Shown piece after piece: positions 8,585 through 18,106 of a DNA stretch of 64,000 nt. The stretch lies in the IMG/VR virus record IMGVR_UViG_3300020148_000032; one strand, given 5' to 3'. This stretch comes from a virus. Taxonomy: Duplodnaviria > Caudoviricetes. The notes beneath the pieces were generated by a model. The model saw only the letters and a list, made by a program, of their open reading frames with translations. It ran no database searches and was not told the DNA's origin. Numbering within the stretch: the first letter of the stretch is position 1; each line of letters begins with the position of its first letter. Position numbers and translations under genes: made by a program.

Positions 8585-11233
8585 CTATTCTAGAATACTT
8601 GGATCAAATACTCCAAAGTCATAACTTTCAACACCTAAGAATTTTTCAATTGCTTGTTCAACTTTCCCGTTCTTGTCAGTTGTATAACCAGAATCAACAT
8701 AGTGTAACAGTTCAATTGCGTCAGCTTTTTCAAGAATACTTTCAGGCTCCGAATAAGAAACCTCAACCCCCTCAGGAGGCCAAACTTTCTTTTCCTCAGA
8801 TGAACCCTTCAAGCTTTTCATTTCTGAAATAGCATGAACATAATAAATATCGTCTTGAGAAAGAGAAAGACTATCATACTCAGCTGTAAAAATAGGGTAT
8901 TCTCCTGGTAATTTATTGTGGAGAGTACGAGGTAAAGCGCCTTTTACCCTATTAATATGATCTTCATTTCCAACAACCTTATGATAACGAATTCTTACTG
9001 GAAGCATTCCATTATCAGCAAGCACAAGAGGTCGTATACTATTCACTCTCGCCCCATAAGGGGTTTCACCAAATGAAGGCCTGAAAGTAAGATTAATAAT
9101 ATAAACAGAATTCTTTTCAAGAGTTTGTATAGGTTTGAACTCGCTAGTAGCGATCTCTTCTAATTCTTCAGGTACTCCATCAGCTCCAGAAATATACATG
9201 TTCTTGATCTTTTCCTGAGCGACAAATTTATCAATACCTTTAACGATATCGCGCGAAAGATTAGCTGATAAATATCCAGTTCCATCGTCAATAGTAATCA
9301 TCATACTCTTACCACCAGCGCGCCGAGTCTTTGAAATAATTTCTGTCACACTGCCAGCAATGTAAACATTAACAGTTTCTTTAGATTTGAGAAGGTTCTG
9401 AATAGTAATATTTCTCATTTTGCTAAGACCAGGGCCAGCCTTCGAAAGAGGATGATCAGTCAAATAAAGACCAATAACATTAGCCTCTTGCTTTAATTTT
9501 TCAACAAATGGGTACTCAGGAAGACCCTCAAGTTTAATAGAAGCTGATTCAGTGGTTTCACTCATTCCAAACATGTCAAAAAGGTCAGAACCCTTAGCTT
9601 CCTTCGATTTTGACTGGTTCATAATGACTGAAAGATTCTCAACGACCGCTTTTCGTGAAACTCCCATATTGTCAAACGCTCCAGCAAGAGCAAGGTTTTC
9701 ATAAATCTTTTTATTATTGATTCCTAGAGGAGTACAACGATTAATCAGATCTTGAACACTCTTATAATGTCCGTTTTTCTTTCTCTCTGTCACAATAATT
9801 TGAGCCATATCATTAGAAACAGCATTGATTCCACCAAGACCGTAAACGATATCAAAACCGCTGTTACCTGAATAGTCTGGAGAAACTTTTACTTCAGAAG
9901 TATTAATTTCAACGGAACCAACTTTAAGACCCATTCTTCGAGCTTCTTGAAGAAATGAGAGGATCTTATCCTTACTTCCAATATTTTGAGCAATAAGAGC
10001 GGCCATGAACTCTACAGGATAATTAGCTTTAAGATAGGCAGCTTGATAAGCGTTAATTCCATAAGCTACTGAGTGAGACTTATTAAAACCATACTTGGCG
10101 AATTCTGAGATTGTGTCCCAGAGAATATTCATTGCCTCTTCAGAATAACCATTCTTCTTTCCACCCTCGATAAACTTAGGCTTCATTTTCATCATTTTTT
10201 CAACGATTTTCTTACCCATAGCTTTTCGGAGGTCATCACCTTCTTGAAGGGTCATTCCAGCGATTTGGTTAGAAATTTGAAGAATTTGCTCCTGATAAAC
10301 AACCAAGTTCCATGTTTTTTCGAGAATTTTGTCAAGAGGGCTACCCACAAAATCTTTGTGAATAGGGGTTACTGGCTCTCTATTATTTTTACGGTCAGCA
10401 TACTTAATGTGTGATTGCATACCCATAGGCCCTGGGCGATAAAGAGCAGTTGTAGCAATAATGTCATCTACACTAGTTGGTTTAATTCTCTTTAACAAGT
10501 CTTGAACACCTGGGCTTGCAAGCTGGAACACACCGATAGTATCACCACGACCTACAAGATCAAGTGTCTTCTTATCTTTCATATCTCCGTGAATAATCTC
10601 AATCATGTTAGGAACTTTTTTACCTGACTTTTGAATATATTCAACAGTGTGTTGGATAAGGTCAACAGTATCAAGCCCTAAGAAGTCCATCTTAATGAGA
10701 CCAAGTGATTCACATTCCTCATACTTCCATTGAGTGATAACTCGATTATCAGACTCACGAACATGAAGAGGAATAACTGTATCGAGAGGTTTGCTACTAA
10801 TAACGATACCGCATGGATGAAGCCCAGTGGACTTGTTTCTACCTTCGATTTCTCGGGCACCTTCAATAATCTTTTGCCAGTATTCTTCAGCAGTAGCTGT
10901 CCTGAAGTCAGCACCTTCAGCGTAGCGGTCGCTTTTTGGATTGAAGATATCGTCAATCGTACATTCAACACCTTCGATAGGTGGCGGAATTAAAGCAGCA
11001 ATTTTGTTAGAAGCTGAGAATGGAATATTGTAAATAGTACACATTTCCTTGAATGCGCCCTTGGCTGCAAGAGTGTTAAATGTAACAATATTAGCAACGT
11101 TATCTTTACCATAAATCTCGGTAACATGCTCTAAGGTTCTATCTCTATATTCTGTATTAATGTCAGAGTCAACGTCAGGGTTAGACCCTGGTTTAATAAT
11201 GTCAATAGAAACAATTCTTTTTGTATTTGTCAT
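8585..11233 (-). CDS. dnaE: DNA polymerase III alpha, C-terminal part (catalytic palm, fingers, OB)
   Basis: PDVDSD, GLHPCGIVIS, GLIKMDFLGL, GVFQL, ALYRPGPM, VYQEQ, YGFNKSHSVAY, LKANYP; no PHP domain. Confidence 0.95.
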   Translation of the reverse strand: MTNTKRIVSIDIIKPGSNPDVDSDINTEYRDRTLEHVTEIYGKDNVANIVTFNTLAAKGAFKEMCTIYNIPFSASNKIAALIPPPIEGVECTIDDIFNPKSDRYAEGADFRTATAEEYWQKIIEGAREIEGRNKSTGLHPCGIVISSKPLDTVIPLHVRESDNRVITQWKYEECESLGLIKMDFLGLDTVDLIQHTVEYIQKSGKKVPNMIEIIHGDMKDKKTLDLVGRGDTIGVFQLASPGVQDLLKRIKPTSVDDIIATTALYRPGPMGMQSHIKYADRKNNREPVTPIHKDFVGSPLDKILEKTWNLVVYQEQILQISNQIAGMTLQEGDDLRKAMGKKIVEKMMKMKPKFIEGGKKNGYSEEAMNILWDTISEFAKYGFNKSHSVAYGINAYQAAYLKANYPVEFMAALIAQNIGSKDKILSFLQEARRMGLKVGSVEINTSEVKVSPDYSGNSGFDIVYGLGGINAVSNDMAQIIVTERKKNGHYKSVQDLINRCTPLGINNKKIYENLALAGAFDNMGVSRKAVVENLSVIMNQSKSKEAKGSDLFDMFGMSETTESASIKLEGLPEYPFVEKLKQEANVIGLYLTDHPLSKAGPGLSKMRNITIQNLLKSKETVNVYIAGSVTEIISKTRRAGGKSMMITIDDGTGYLSANLSRDIVKGIDKFVAQEKIKNMYISGADGVPEELEEIATSEFKPIQTLEKNSVYIINLTFRPSFGETPYGARVNSIRPLVLADNGMLPVRIRYHKVVGNEDHINRVKGALPRTLHNKLPGEYPIFTAEYDSLSLSQDDIYYVHAISEMKSLKGSSEEKKVWPPEGVEVSYSEPESILEKADAIELLHYVDSGYTTDKNGKVEQAIEKFLGVESYDFGVFDPSILE

Positions 11234-11247
11234 AGAAAAAGAACTCC

Positions 11248-12342
11248 TTATTTGTTAGATTGTGCAGCTAAAAGTTTTTGCAGTTTACTTAACTTAGTAA
11301 GAGATTCATTCATTGCAATCTCAAGATTGATTCGATAATCCATACCGTTACTCATCCTTGTGAGAGCAAGACCGAGTTCATTCATAAGAATATTCAAGCC
11401 TCTGTTTCCCAAGAGCTTCCGGGCAATCTCTTCTGGGTCATTAACTGGGAGTACTCCAATGAGGGAACTATCAACTTTAGCATTTGTGAGGACTAGGTTT
11501 CGTAAATCTTCATATAATTGTTCTGAAAGATCGCGCGCGCTGATTCCATCAGATGACGCTTCAGCAATAACAGTTAATACGTTAGTGAGACTTCTTGATG
11601 CAATGCTTTCAAGTAGTTTTCCACCGAATGTAGGAGAAAGATCTTCGTTCATTGAGACGATACCTTCTAGTGCAGATAAAGTATCTCGTACGGAGCCGCG
11701 GCCTAATCGAACTGCTTCCATGAGTTGTTCGTCAGTTGATTCGAGTGATTCCTTCTCGCGAATCACTTTGAGGAATTGAAGCATTTCCTCAGAACTGACA
11801 AGGTTGAATTTTCTTGATTGGATTCGAGACATAATTGTTGCGGGGATCTTTTCGATTTCTGTAGAACAGAGAATGAAAAGAGCAGGCATGTTCTTGTCTT
11901 CGATTGGGATGAGAAGTGAGTCAAAACCTGATTTGTGAATGTTGTGGATTTCGTCAAGAATCCAAATTTGACGTTTGACTGGTTGAGTAAGTCTTGCTTT
12001 TTGGACAATGTTTCTAATATCTTCAACACTACCGTTATTTGCCATTGAAATGTAGTTGACTCCAAGTTGGGTTCCATTATCTATAGCAATACATACTTCA
12101 CATTCGTTACATGGGCTTGAGTCTTTTGTTGGATTAAGACAGTTGATTGCTTTAGCGAGTAGTAATGCGCTGGAAGTTTTTCCACATCCGCGCGGACCAA
12201 AGAATCCATACGCGGTAGGGAGCTTATTTTGCGAAACAGCGGCTTTTAAAGAGCTGGCAATCTTTTGTTGACCGATTAATTCATTCCATGTTTTAGGTCT
12301 ATATTTCTTATAAAGTTCAACATGCCCCGCAGTTTCAGTCAT
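11248..12342 (-). CDS. dnaX: DNA polymerase III gamma/tau clamp-loader ATPase
   Basis: LYKKYRP, GQ, GPRGCGKTS, Zn module C..PC..C..C, ILDEIH, TIMSR, GSVRD. Confidence 0.93.
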   Translation of the reverse strand: MTETAGHVELYKKYRPKTWNELIGQQKIASSLKAAVSQNKLPTAYGFFGPRGCGKTSSALLLAKAINCLNPTKDSSPCNECEVCIAIDNGTQLGVNYISMANNGSVEDIRNIVQKARLTQPVKRQIWILDEIHNIHKSGFDSLLIPIEDKNMPALFILCSTEIEKIPATIMSRIQSRKFNLVSSEEMLQFLKVIREKESLESTDEQLMEAVRLGRGSVRDTLSALEGIVSMNEDLSPTFGGKLLESIASRSLTNVLTVIAEASSDGISARDLSEQLYEDLRNLVLTNAKVDSSLIGVLPVNDPEEIARKLLGNRGLNILMNELGLALTRMSNGMDYRINLEIAMNESLTKLSKLQKLLAAQSNK

Positions 12343-13297
12343 TATACTCCAACTTTCTTAGAATTTCATTGTCTTCTCTATGTAACAAAAAATCTGTTAT
12401 AGCTATTTTAACAAAATCTTTTCTAGAAACCCAATCGGACTCCCATATAAATATTAAATCTACACCATTGTTTTTACAAAGGTCAAATTTTAATGCGTGA
12501 TACTCAAGAGATGTTTTACCACAGCTTTTTAAAAGAAAATCATCGCTATGCCAATAATTCCCGTTATATTCTATCGCAATTTTTAAGTTGGAGAAATAGA
12601 AATCTACTTCATAAGGAGATATAACACTTCTGTTATATTGTGAGAACTCTAGCCCAAGATTATTAAAAAATGAAGATAACTCTTTCTCCCCAGCCGAACC
12701 CTTACATTTCGGACATGAATCGCCCCGATTAGTTCTCTTAGAGACAGTTGTTCTCCATATGAACGAACAGTCTGAGCATTTCCAACGAAAAGATTTGTTA
12801 CTTGACTTGTGAACTTCTAGAGGGTTAATATCTAATATTTCTTTTGCTAATCTAGAATCAAAGCTTTTCAAATCATTATAGCCTATAACGAGTCTTACTC
12901 CAGAACATACTGGGCAAGAATCTCCACGTTTTATTCTTTTCTGTAAATCAGAAGTCCATTGATATGTGCAACGAGAGCATACCCAATGTAAAATTTGTCT
13001 TTTAGAATAGACAATAAGACTTGGATTGTGAAAATTTTTATCTATTTCTTTTGACAATAAAGGGTATTGTGATTCTAGATCATTGAACCCTTTTAATATT
13101 TTTCGTCCAGAGCAATACGGACAAGGATTTTTAGAATTTATTCTACGCCTTACAGAAAGCAAATAAAATCCAAAGCATTTTTCACAAAACCATCTAGCTT
13201 TAAAATCACTCCCAAAAGTAAGAGTATTAATATTTCTTTCTTCTTCTATAAAGAATTTGGCAATGTGAGGATGTGTATTGAGAATACTTTCGTGCAC
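12335..13297 (-). CDS. Free-standing Zn-ribbon repeat / PD-(D/E)xK endonuclease (homing endonuclease-like)
   Basis: Repeated W.C..C...CP.C units; C-terminal EVDFYF..LKIAIEYNGNYWH; probable GTG start at 13297 (track gives 13369). Confidence 0.8.
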   Translation of the reverse strand: MHESILNTHPHIAKFFIEEERNINTLTFGSDFKARWFCEKCFGFYLLSVRRRINSKNPCPYCSGRKILKGFNDLESQYPLLSKEIDKNFHNPSLIVYSKRQILHWVCSRCTYQWTSDLQKRIKRGDSCPVCSGVRLVIGYNDLKSFDSRLAKEILDINPLEVHKSSNKSFRWKCSDCSFIWRTTVSKRTNRGDSCPKCKGSAGEKELSSFFNNLGLEFSQYNRSVISPYEVDFYFSNLKIAIEYNGNYWHSDDFLLKSCGKTSLEYHALKFDLCKNNGVDLIFIWESDWVSRKDFVKIAITDFLLHREDNEILRKLEYND

Positions 13298-13305
13298 TTT
13301 AATTA

Positions 13306-14316
13306 CTATGATCCCCAACATACAGAGAAAGTCTTTGGCGAGCCGTCTTTTATTCCAGAGGTGTTCCACCCTATTCCAGAAATGCGATAGTTATACCCAT
13401 TTAGTAAAGTCATACTATAGTCACCTGTTTGAATAATTGCGCGACCCCCTCCAGGTATGTAATTTGTCGCTAAATCTTGCAAACTTACATCAACATACCA
13501 ACCAACAAAGAATGAGGTGGCATTATGTGAAGTGACTGTTATGTCTTTACATACATAATAACTTGGTGTAGGTGTAGTACTTGTGTAAGTAAAAGTAATA
13601 TTAGACCCAGTTGGTGGTAGCGGTGGATTAGGGGTCCCGTAATGACAAAGAGTATATGTTCTTGATTGATTGATAGAAACTTTAGCGTTGTTTCCATTTC
13701 CAGTAATAGTATAAATATTATTGACTGGACCGCTTAAAGTATAACCGTGTGATAATTGATATCCAGATGTAGCTCCATTATATGGATAATCATTAAGGTT
13801 AAAAGTCACACTCCAGTCAATAGCACCATTATTTGTTGTGGAAATAGTAGTGTTAACACAGAACTGCTTAGGGACCGTTTGGCTCCATGCATAAGTGACA
13901 GTAAATGGTGGACCTGAAGGTGGAGTCCACGTATAGTCTATACCCCATCCATTAAGTGTAAGAAGTATTGAAGTAACTGTTGAACCGCTAGCGAAAGATG
14001 TTGGCGAAGTCCAAGTTGAACTTGTTCCAATTGTTCCGGTAAAAGTTGTAGTCGTTGATCCGTTAACGAAAACTAATTGCAAAGAATGATTATAGCAACT
14101 TGTTGGTATTCCAGTAATTGTAGGAAAATTACTTGCATTAAGACTTATCGAGAGAGTGTTTTCAGTGCATCTTTCGGAAGAGGTAGTTGTAATACTGTTG
14201 TTTTTAATTCCTATATTTGTTGCACTTGCTACTAAAATGACAAAAGATATAAGGGAAAGAAGAATAAACGTGATAATGATGAAAGACATTGATCTGTTTT
14301 TTAAAAAATTTTTCAT
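13306..14316 (-). CDS. Secreted Thr/Ser-rich protein with CBM2-like domains
   Basis: N-terminal hydrophobic anchor; two repeats with FC.N..I...DW.V.F and terminal F..C; Pro-rich linkers. Confidence 0.6.
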   Translation of the reverse strand: MKNFLKNRSMSFIIITFILLSLISFVILVASATNIGIKNNSITTTSSERCTENTLSISLNASNFPTITGIPTSCYNHSLQLVFVNGSTTTTFTGTIGTSSTWTSPTSFASGSTVTSILLTLNGWGIDYTWTPPSGPPFTVTYAWSQTVPKQFCVNTTISTTNNGAIDWSVTFNLNDYPYNGATSGYQLSHGYTLSGPVNNIYTITGNGNNAKVSINQSRTYTLCHYGTPNPPLPPTGSNITFTYTSTTPTPSYYVCKDITVTSHNATSFFVGWYVDVSLQDLATNYIPGGGRAIIQTGDYSMTLLNGYNYRISGIGWNTSGIKDGSPKTFSVCWGS

Positions 14317-14327
14317 TATCTACCTCC

Positions 14328-14834
14328 TTATTCTTCCTTTTTCTCCTCGAGTTGAGATACCCTATATTTGTACCAAGAGTACGAGAAATATAGACCGAAG
14401 AGAGCAAATATAAATGACCAAAAATATATACTTCTAATAAAAATCATCCAGTCTGGTACTGGAATGTGTAACACAATTTTACCATAGGCGTCTGATGGAT
14501 CGACAAACCATCCATCTTCAAAATCATTGTTATCCCCTTGGGTCTTAAAGTATCCTTCATCGTTGATTTCAATAATTCTGTGAACAACATTACAACGGGA
14601 ACAATCAATGCCAGGCGGTGAGTATACCACTATGTCGCCGATCTCATACGATTGTTCTTTTATAGAAACGATAATATCGCCATTTTCATAGGTAGGGAGC
14701 ATGGAGGTTCCACTAACGATAGTGATTTGGAAAAAACCACCCCATGCTGCAGGCCATAATAGAAAGACAATAAAGCCGAGAAGCGCCCAGCGTAAGGCTG
14801 AGCGCATCCCGGCGATAACTTTGTTTCTAGACAT
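14328..14834 (-). CDS. Signal peptidase I, SipW/ER-type
   Basis: SGTSMLPT, GDIVVY, VVHRI, TQGDNN (Ser-His type). Confidence 0.88.
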   Translation of the reverse strand: MSRNKVIAGMRSALRWALLGFIVFLLWPAAWGGFFQITIVSGTSMLPTYENGDIIVSIKEQSYEIGDIVVYSPPGIDCSRCNVVHRIIEINDEGYFKTQGDNNDFEDGWFVDPSDAYGKIVLHIPVPDWMIFIRSIYFWSFIFALFGLYFSYSWYKYRVSQLEEKKEE

Positions 14835-14857
14835 TAAAGCATAGACTTTTCTACTTT

Positions 14858-15289
14858 TTAGTTGTCATAGATTACTACTGAAACGGAAGCAACATCGTCA
14901 GTGTCAACAGCACCTGAAAGAGCAGCATTAACAGTTGCTCCACCAACAGTACCGTTTACAGTTCCGAGTGATGCACCAGCAGAATCAGCAACAACTACTT
15001 GGTATTCAAGTCCATTACAAGCAGGGAGAACGTTGCTTAATACAACTTCATTAACAGTGAAAGTTTGTGATGCTGCGACATAAGTTGGAGTTGAGAATCC
15101 AACAGCAATGTCATTACTCGCACCTGCAGGTTGACAGCTAGCAGTTACTGAAGTACCTGCAGCTAAATCGTGGTTAGCTTCAATTCCAAGGCTTACAGCA
15201 GAAGCAACAGCAGCACCAGTAAGAGCAATACCCATACCAATAGCAGCTACAAATATGCCCTTACGGGATTTCTTGTTTTCTTTTTCCAT
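14858..15289 (-). CDS. Small secreted pilin/TasA-like protein (putative SipW substrate)
   Basis: Signal peptide ending AVASA; Ala/Val/Gly-rich beta protein with two Cys; adjacent to the SipW-type gene. Confidence 0.55.
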   Translation of the reverse strand: MEKENKKSRKGIFVAAIGMGIALTGAAVASAVSLGIEANHDLAAGTSVTASCQPAGASNDIAVGFSTPTYVAASQTFTVNEVVLSNVLPACNGLEYQVVVADSAGASLGTVNGTVGGATVNAALSGAVDTDDVASVSVVIYDN

Positions 15290-15381
15290 TTTAAATTACT
15301 CCATTAATTAATGTTTATTTTTGCCATTGCCCGTATGGCGGCAAGTGTTAAAAATGTCACACTAATCAATATCGGGAAAAT

Positions 15382-16842
15382 TTAAGACTTTACAATATCT
15401 CCTACGTTTAGCTGATGAACATACTGAGTTGTTATAGAATCGTTATCCAAATTTATAACATCTTTTTGATCACTAACAATTAAATCCTCAAAAGTCCCAT
15501 CGTCATAATGAACACGCGCAGTAGCTCCACGACCAGCAGACAAGAATCTCTCAAAGATAAGATCGTGTTTAATAGGGTCAAGTTCAGAAATACCTAACTC
15601 GTAAGCATGAATAGAACCCCCAACACTACCTCGTCCTACACCAATAGGATAAGCAAGAGCCTTTCCATGTTCATCGAGAGTAGAGTAGTTCTCTTTAGTC
15701 CAGTTCAAGTATTCATAAACAACTAGCATATATCCAATAAAATCTGAAGAATAAATAACTTCGAATTCATGCTTGTTGCGCCTAATTGCTTCTTCCTGAA
15801 CCTCTTTGCTAGAGTTTCCATAGCGCTCTTTAAAACCCTTGTTAATAAGGTACTGATAATATTCCACTTCATCTTTAAACTGTGAGGGAATAATAGGTTT
15901 TGGCTTCAGATGAGCGTCAAAATCAAGCTTTACGTCTTGAGCCATTTCAGCAATTACAAGAGTGTTTTTCAAGGCTCCAGGAAAATCCTGCTCTGGGAAT
16001 AAAGCATTCATTTCCTCAGTGCTTTTAAGATAATACTCGTTCCCATTAAAGGCGAACCTTTTTCCACCCTGATCATAAGGTAGCTCTGACATTCGTGAAC
16101 CCGATTGACTACAAAGCATTTCTTCGTGATGAATAGCATCTTCTTTGTGAGCATAATGAGAGTCATTAGTGGCTAAAAGAGGAATCTCTAATTTCTTGGA
16201 GAGTTCAAGTTGCTTTGGGAGAAGCTTTCTTTCAAGATCAATGTTCATATTATGATCCATGATTTCAATAAAGAATCTGTCTCCAAACACTTCTTTAAGT
16301 CTGTTAGCGTGAGAATATGCTTTTTCGTCTTGCCCTAATAGAAAACGTGTATTGATTTCACTTGAAGGGCAGCCTCCCCCTACTATAAGTCCTTCTGAAT
16401 GCTCAGCAAGCATTTCAAAGTCCATACGAGGTTTTGAATAAACATGCTCTGGCTGATAAGAAAGAGTTGATAACTTGAAGAGGTTCTTCATTCCTTCTTG
16501 ATTGATTGCCCATAACGTTAAATGGGTAAATGCTCCATTACCAGAAACATCATTTTGAACTTTTTGTCCATTAGGGCCATAGAAAATAGGTCTTTTCACT
16601 TTAGCCCCTTCTGGGTTTTCAGGAGCAAAATACGCTTCAATTCCAGGAATAGGAATAATTCCAGCAGAATTCGCTTTTCGTACTAAATCATAAACTCCAA
16701 AAGTGTTCCCATGGTCAGTAATACCAAAGCCTTTTTGTCCAAGTTTTATCACTTCATCAATGTACTCTTGTGGCTTAGAGAAACCATCAAGGATACTATT
16801 GTGAGTGTGATTATGAAGGGGGACATATTCAGACATTGACAT
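15382..16842 (-). CDS. dnaE: DNA polymerase III alpha, N-terminal part (PHP domain and N-terminal palm)
   Basis: LHNHTHNSILDG, ITDHG, GIEAY, HLTLWA, ATNDSHY, GRGSVGGS, DLIFERFL, then a 47-aa non-DnaE tail. Confidence 0.95.
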   Translation of the reverse strand: MSMSEYVPLHNHTHNSILDGFSKPQEYIDEVIKLGQKGFGITDHGNTFGVYDLVRKANSAGIIPIPGIEAYFAPENPEGAKVKRPIFYGPNGQKVQNDVSGNGAFTHLTLWAINQEGMKNLFKLSTLSYQPEHVYSKPRMDFEMLAEHSEGLIVGGGCPSSEINTRFLLGQDEKAYSHANRLKEVFGDRFFIEIMDHNMNIDLERKLLPKQLELSKKLEIPLLATNDSHYAHKEDAIHHEEMLCSQSGSRMSELPYDQGGKRFAFNGNEYYLKSTEEMNALFPEQDFPGALKNTLVIAEMAQDVKLDFDAHLKPKPIIPSQFKDEVEYYQYLINKGFKERYGNSSKEVQEEAIRRNKHEFEVIYSSDFIGYMLVVYEYLNWTKENYSTLDEHGKALAYPIGVGRGSVGGSIHAYELGISELDPIKHDLIFERFLSAGRGATARVHYDDGTFEDLIVSDQKDVINLDNDSITTQYVHQLNVGDIVKS

Positions 16843-17908
16843 TATTTAATCCTCCGGTAAGTTTTTCAAGGTTTTTAACATGTTTAGGAGTAAGAGGAAT
16901 TAAAAACTGTTTGAAATCACGGACACTATCTATAATAATATTATTCTTTACAGACGCTTTGTTCTTCATTGGAATAACTCCAAAAAGTATTCTCTTCCTC
17001 GTGTCTGGTAAAGACACACCTATCATTTTACCAACTTGATCATTTACTCTCTTCGAATCTACGATGACTGGGATAATTGGAGCATTTTTTACTCTAAAAC
17101 TAGGTATTATTTTATTAGAAAGTCCAATCAACCACGGGTTAACATTTCTTCCCTGATGAGATAAATATACTTTCTTAATCCCGCTGGCCGCGAACTTTTG
17201 CTTAAATATAACTGGATAGAATGAGAAAGCGTAGGTTTCTCCATCAACGTCTCCCCAAGCTAATACATATTTTTCTTTAGCTTTTTCGTCTACAATGAAA
17301 GACCAACCACTTTTACGAACGTTTTCAATAATTAAATCAATCGATTTTGCATCATATTCTGGCATTTTCTTTTTCAAGAATGAGTCCTTAGGTCTCTTTG
17401 CGTAAAGCATAAAGAATACCCCTATAGATGAAAGGGTAGAAATAATGATAGCCCAACCATATGGGATTACCGTTACAAGAGTATAAGAAATAATGAAGAA
17501 GAACACTTCAGACAATATGAGCGATATCCATCTCGAAGATGATGTATTGAAAAAATAACTTATGCTTAATGAAACTGTATAAAAGAACAAGACAGAGAAT
17601 ACCCACACTGAACTAAGTTGTCCGGTAGAATCAATAACTGAACCCGTTTGGAAAAATAGTGAAATTATATACGAAAGGATAAAGAGTGAGAATAGAGCTT
17701 TAATAATAGCTCGAGCATTAAAAAACAAAAATATAGCAATAAATATTCCACTAAGAGAAACAATTGGAACCCACCAACGTGATGGATCATTAACAGCAGT
17801 AATTCCCGAGAGGAGAATAATAGTTACTATAAAACCTGTAAATAAATTTCCATTTCTTTCAGCTAGATCTTTCACATCACTTTTGAAAGTGTTCATAAAA
17901 TTTTTCAT
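16829..17908 (-). CDS. Multi-pass membrane protein
   Basis: About 6 hydrophobic segments in the first 170 aa. Confidence 0.8.
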   Translation of the reverse strand: MKNFMNTFKSDVKDLAERNGNLFTGFIVTIILLSGITAVNDPSRWWVPIVSLSGIFIAIFLFFNARAIIKALFSLFILSYIISLFFQTGSVIDSTGQLSSVWVFSVLFFYTVSLSISYFFNTSSSRWISLILSEVFFFIISYTLVTVIPYGWAIIISTLSSIGVFFMLYAKRPKDSFLKKKMPEYDAKSIDLIIENVRKSGWSFIVDEKAKEKYVLAWGDVDGETYAFSFYPVIFKQKFAASGIKKVYLSHQGRNVNPWLIGLSNKIIPSFRVKNAPIIPVIVDSKRVNDQVGKMIGVSLPDTRKRILFGVIPMKNKASVKNNIIIDSVRDFKQFLIPLTPKHVKNLEKLTGGLNNVNV

Positions 17909-17956
17909 TCATACTCCTATGTTTCTATTTTATTTTAACTTATTAAAGAGAAATAT

Positions 17957-17985
17957 TTGCACTTTCAAATTCTTTTTGATATAGT
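17957..17985 (+). promoter_or_regulatory. Sigma70-type promoter for the tRNA(CUA)-pth2 unit
   Basis: TTGCAC-N17-TATAGT with a TGn extension, ending 14 nt before the tRNA. Confidence 0.8.
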
Positions 17986-17999
17986 AAATAGCGTAACAT

Positions 18000-18071
18000 G
18001 CCTCTGGAGCTCGAAGGCAGAGCAAAGGATTCTAAACCCTTGGTGTGCGGGTTCGACTCCCGTCAGAGGCA
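18000..18071 (+). tRNA. Amber suppressor tRNA (anticodon CUA)
   Basis: Acceptor GCCTCTG/CAGAGGC+A, D stem GCTC/GAGC, anticodon arm AAGGA-TTCTAAA-CCCTT, T arm GCGGG-TTCGACT-CCCGT. Confidence 0.9.
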
Positions 18072-18106
18072 CGATGAAAATATCATCAAAACTAAGGAGA
18101 ATTATT

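Noticed and set aside
11186-15525. Functional canonical split intein in dnaE
   Set aside because: No N-terminal Cys/Ser block A, no TxxH, and no terminal His-Asn followed by Cys/Ser/Thr (Asn is followed by Pro).
18000-18071. tRNA-Pyl / pyrrolysine system
   Set aside because: Canonical cloverleaf with 5-nt variable loop and A73; no pylS or pylBCD genes in the window.
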